Positions 62,207 through 64,000 of a stretch of DNA of 64,000 bases are shown piece by piece. Location: positions 2,432,001-2,496,000 of the forward strand of contig OZ251539.1 of assembly GCA_965243135.1 (NCBI GenBank), written 5' to 3'. The first letter of the stretch is position 1, and the number at the start of each line of letters is the position of its first letter. The notes under the pieces were generated by a model. That model saw only the letters and a program-made list of their open reading frames with translations. It had not been told where the DNA came from and did no database searches. The DNA comes from Alphaproteobacteria bacterium. Lineage in GTDB: Bacteria > Pseudomonadota > Alphaproteobacteria > MPNO01 > UBA830. The position numbers and the translations under genes are program-made.

Positions 62207-63340
62207 ATGAAACTATTAAAACTCAAGGCAACGCGTTTTCGAAGCCTGCGCAGCGTGGAAATCGAACTGGACGATCTCAATCTCTTTATCGGAGCCAACG
62301 CGGCGGGGAAAAGCACGATTCTCGATGCGCTAAGATTCCTGCACGAAGCGGTTCTGGCCCACGACTTCCGTGGACCCGCGTTTGCGCGAGGGGGCTTTCT
62401 TCACATGGCATGGAAAGGACAAGAAGCGGACGAAATCGGTATCGCCGTCTTTGTCAAAGACGCCGAGGATCGAGATTACGAATGGTCCCTCCGGTTCGCG
62501 AGAGACGGCTACGATTTTTATGTGGAAGAAAATCTGAGGCAGCATCACGCTTCGTCTCCTCCGTCGGATCTGCTGACTGCGCGCCGGGGAGAAGGACGGT
62601 GGCGGTCGGGAAATCAAAAACTGGTAGAGTTAAAGAAAAACAAGACGACATGCGCTTTGGCCGCCGCTTCCGCAGATGCTTCGTTTCCAGCCCGTCACAT
62701 TGCGGAATTCGTCGGACGTTGGGGATTTTTCGACCCGAATCCGTTTTTGCTTCGCCGCGATTGGCCTGGCGCCAATTTCGACGGTTTCGATCACTATGGC
62801 CGCAATCTGGGTGAAACGCTTTTCAACCTTCAGAATTCGTCCCCGGAACTATTGGAAAAGATCGTAATGGTTACGCGCTCGATTACAGGATTGCCCTCGA
62901 CGATCGAAACGCGCGAATCCGAAAATCGCCGGTACTTCGTGCAGCGCGAGCCCGGGTTGAATTATACGGTGCATCAGATGGGAGTTTCGAGCGGTACGTT
63001 GCGCTTGCTGGCCCTCATGACGGCGATTTTCGCGCAACCGGAAACAAATCTCATCGGGATCGAGGAACCGGAGAACTACGTTCACCCTACGGCGTTGGCT
63101 TCGCTCGTCCAGTGCTTTCAGAGAGAACGGCATCATGTACAGTTTCTCCTGACTACGCATTCTTCCTTGCTGCTCGATTTATTGGACGAACCGGAAGCCG
63201 TTCGAATCGTGCGGCGTCACGAGCAGGAAGGAACGAACGTAATGATGCATGGAAATCCGGAGCAAATAAGGAAAGCGTTGGACGAAACCGGCTTCGGTCT
63301 GGGAGAGTTCTACGAAACGAAAGGTTTCGGAGGCCAATGA
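62207..63340 (+). CDS. ABC-type AAA_21 ATPase
   Basis: GANAAGKST, SSGTLR, GIEEPEN, TTHS; AAGGAG RBS; low GC. Confidence 0.88.
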   Translation: MKLLKLKATRFRSLRSVEIELDDLNLFIGANAAGKSTILDALRFLHEAVLAHDFRGPAFARGGFLHMAWKGQEADEIGIAVFVKDAEDRDYEWSLRFARDGYDFYVEENLRQHHASSPPSDLLTARRGEGRWRSGNQKLVELKKNKTTCALAAASADASFPARHIAEFVGRWGFFDPNPFLLRRDWPGANFDGFDHYGRNLGETLFNLQNSSPELLEKIVMVTRSITGLPSTIETRESENRRYFVQREPGLNYTVHQMGVSSGTLRLLALMTAIFAQPETNLIGIEEPENYVHPTALASLVQCFQRERHHVQFLLTTHSSLLLDLLDEPEAVRIVRRHEQEGTNVMMHGNPEQIRKALDETGFGLGEFYETKGFGGQ

Positions 63341-63915
63341 TGAAACGCGTGGTCGTCATTGCGTCAGGAAATACGGAAAGGCAAGCTATTCCGCATTTAG
63401 TCGCCCACCTTCGGAACGAATCCATTTTTGTGCATGAAGTCAGGATCCCGCCGAGGAACGGGCGACTAGACATCCGAACGGCGGAAAAGCTGATCAAGGG
63501 CGCATGGTATGAAAATTTCGATCTTCCGATTGGCAAATTTGTAATTTTGCTGGATGTAGACGGCAAAAGTCCCGATGAGGTATTGGCCCCGTTCGAACGG
63601 CAACTTCCTGATCGATTGCGCGACATTCCGGCGCCGGTTGTCTACGCTTTTGCGCAATGGCATCTTGAAGCATGGTATTTTGCGGATTCGCAAAACCTCA
63701 GAAATCACCTTGGTCGCGATCTCGGCAAAATCGATACTTCAAAACCCGACGATATTCAGAACCCGAAGCGCCATCTGATACACTTGATTCATGATTCGTT
63801 GTACACGTCTCGTGTAGCGGAACAGATAGCTGGAGCGCTTGATTCCGAAATTATCGCCGACAGAAGTCCTAGTTTTAAAAACTTTTTGAACTCTATCAGG
63901 AACGGGAAGAACTAA
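63337..63915 (+). CDS. DUF4276/RloB-like TOPRIM-fold protein
   Basis: VVIASGNTE, LLDVD, LEAWYFAD, NPK, RSPSF; ATGA overlap. Confidence 0.7.
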   Translation: MMKRVVVIASGNTERQAIPHLVAHLRNESIFVHEVRIPPRNGRLDIRTAEKLIKGAWYENFDLPIGKFVILLDVDGKSPDEVLAPFERQLPDRLRDIPAPVVYAFAQWHLEAWYFADSQNLRNHLGRDLGKIDTSKPDDIQNPKRHLIHLIHDSLYTSRVAEQIAGALDSEIIADRSPSFKNFLNSIRNGKN

Positions 63916-64000
63916 CGATAGGTTTTTCAAAGAAATGCGACTTTTCATGAATCTACGAGCGGAACTGCTTTCAATAGATCTTTCGTCTTCTGGACAACGC

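Noticed and set aside
1-64000. CRISPR array, cas genes, rRNA, integron
   Set aside because: No regularly spaced repeats, cas, rRNA or integrase motifs seen.

Overview
High-GC (alphaproteobacterial-looking) 64 kb window. The backbone is housekeeping and catabolic genes: cysS, thiolase, two crotonases, amidase, a Dpp-type ABC transporter, a TRAP transporter, two MFS, CaiB CoA-transferase, a Mo-hydroxylase large subunit, hpnC, and a metF/MetE-II/rhodanese operon. Accessory blocks interrupt it: (i) a ~1,710-aa modular autotransporter bracketed by two same-orientation ends of an eroded ISNCY-type element; (ii) a solitary ABC-ATPase/TOPRIM (OLD-like) gene; (iii) a ~7.4 kb eroded island starting at a truncated tRNA-Met, with AbiE, PIN, ATPase-nuclease genes and many gene fragments; (iv) a ~3.3 kb islet with a ThsB-like TIR gene coupled to an unknown helical protein; (v) a FitAB-type TA pair; (vi) an AAA_21 + DUF4276 pair. 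Best candidates for undescribed systems: the TIR + unknown-partner module (50886-51958), and a Cro-like-HTH/SAM-methyltransferase-fold fusion heading the methionine operon with a palindromic operator (42472-47515). All family calls come from motif recognition by eye; no database searches were run.
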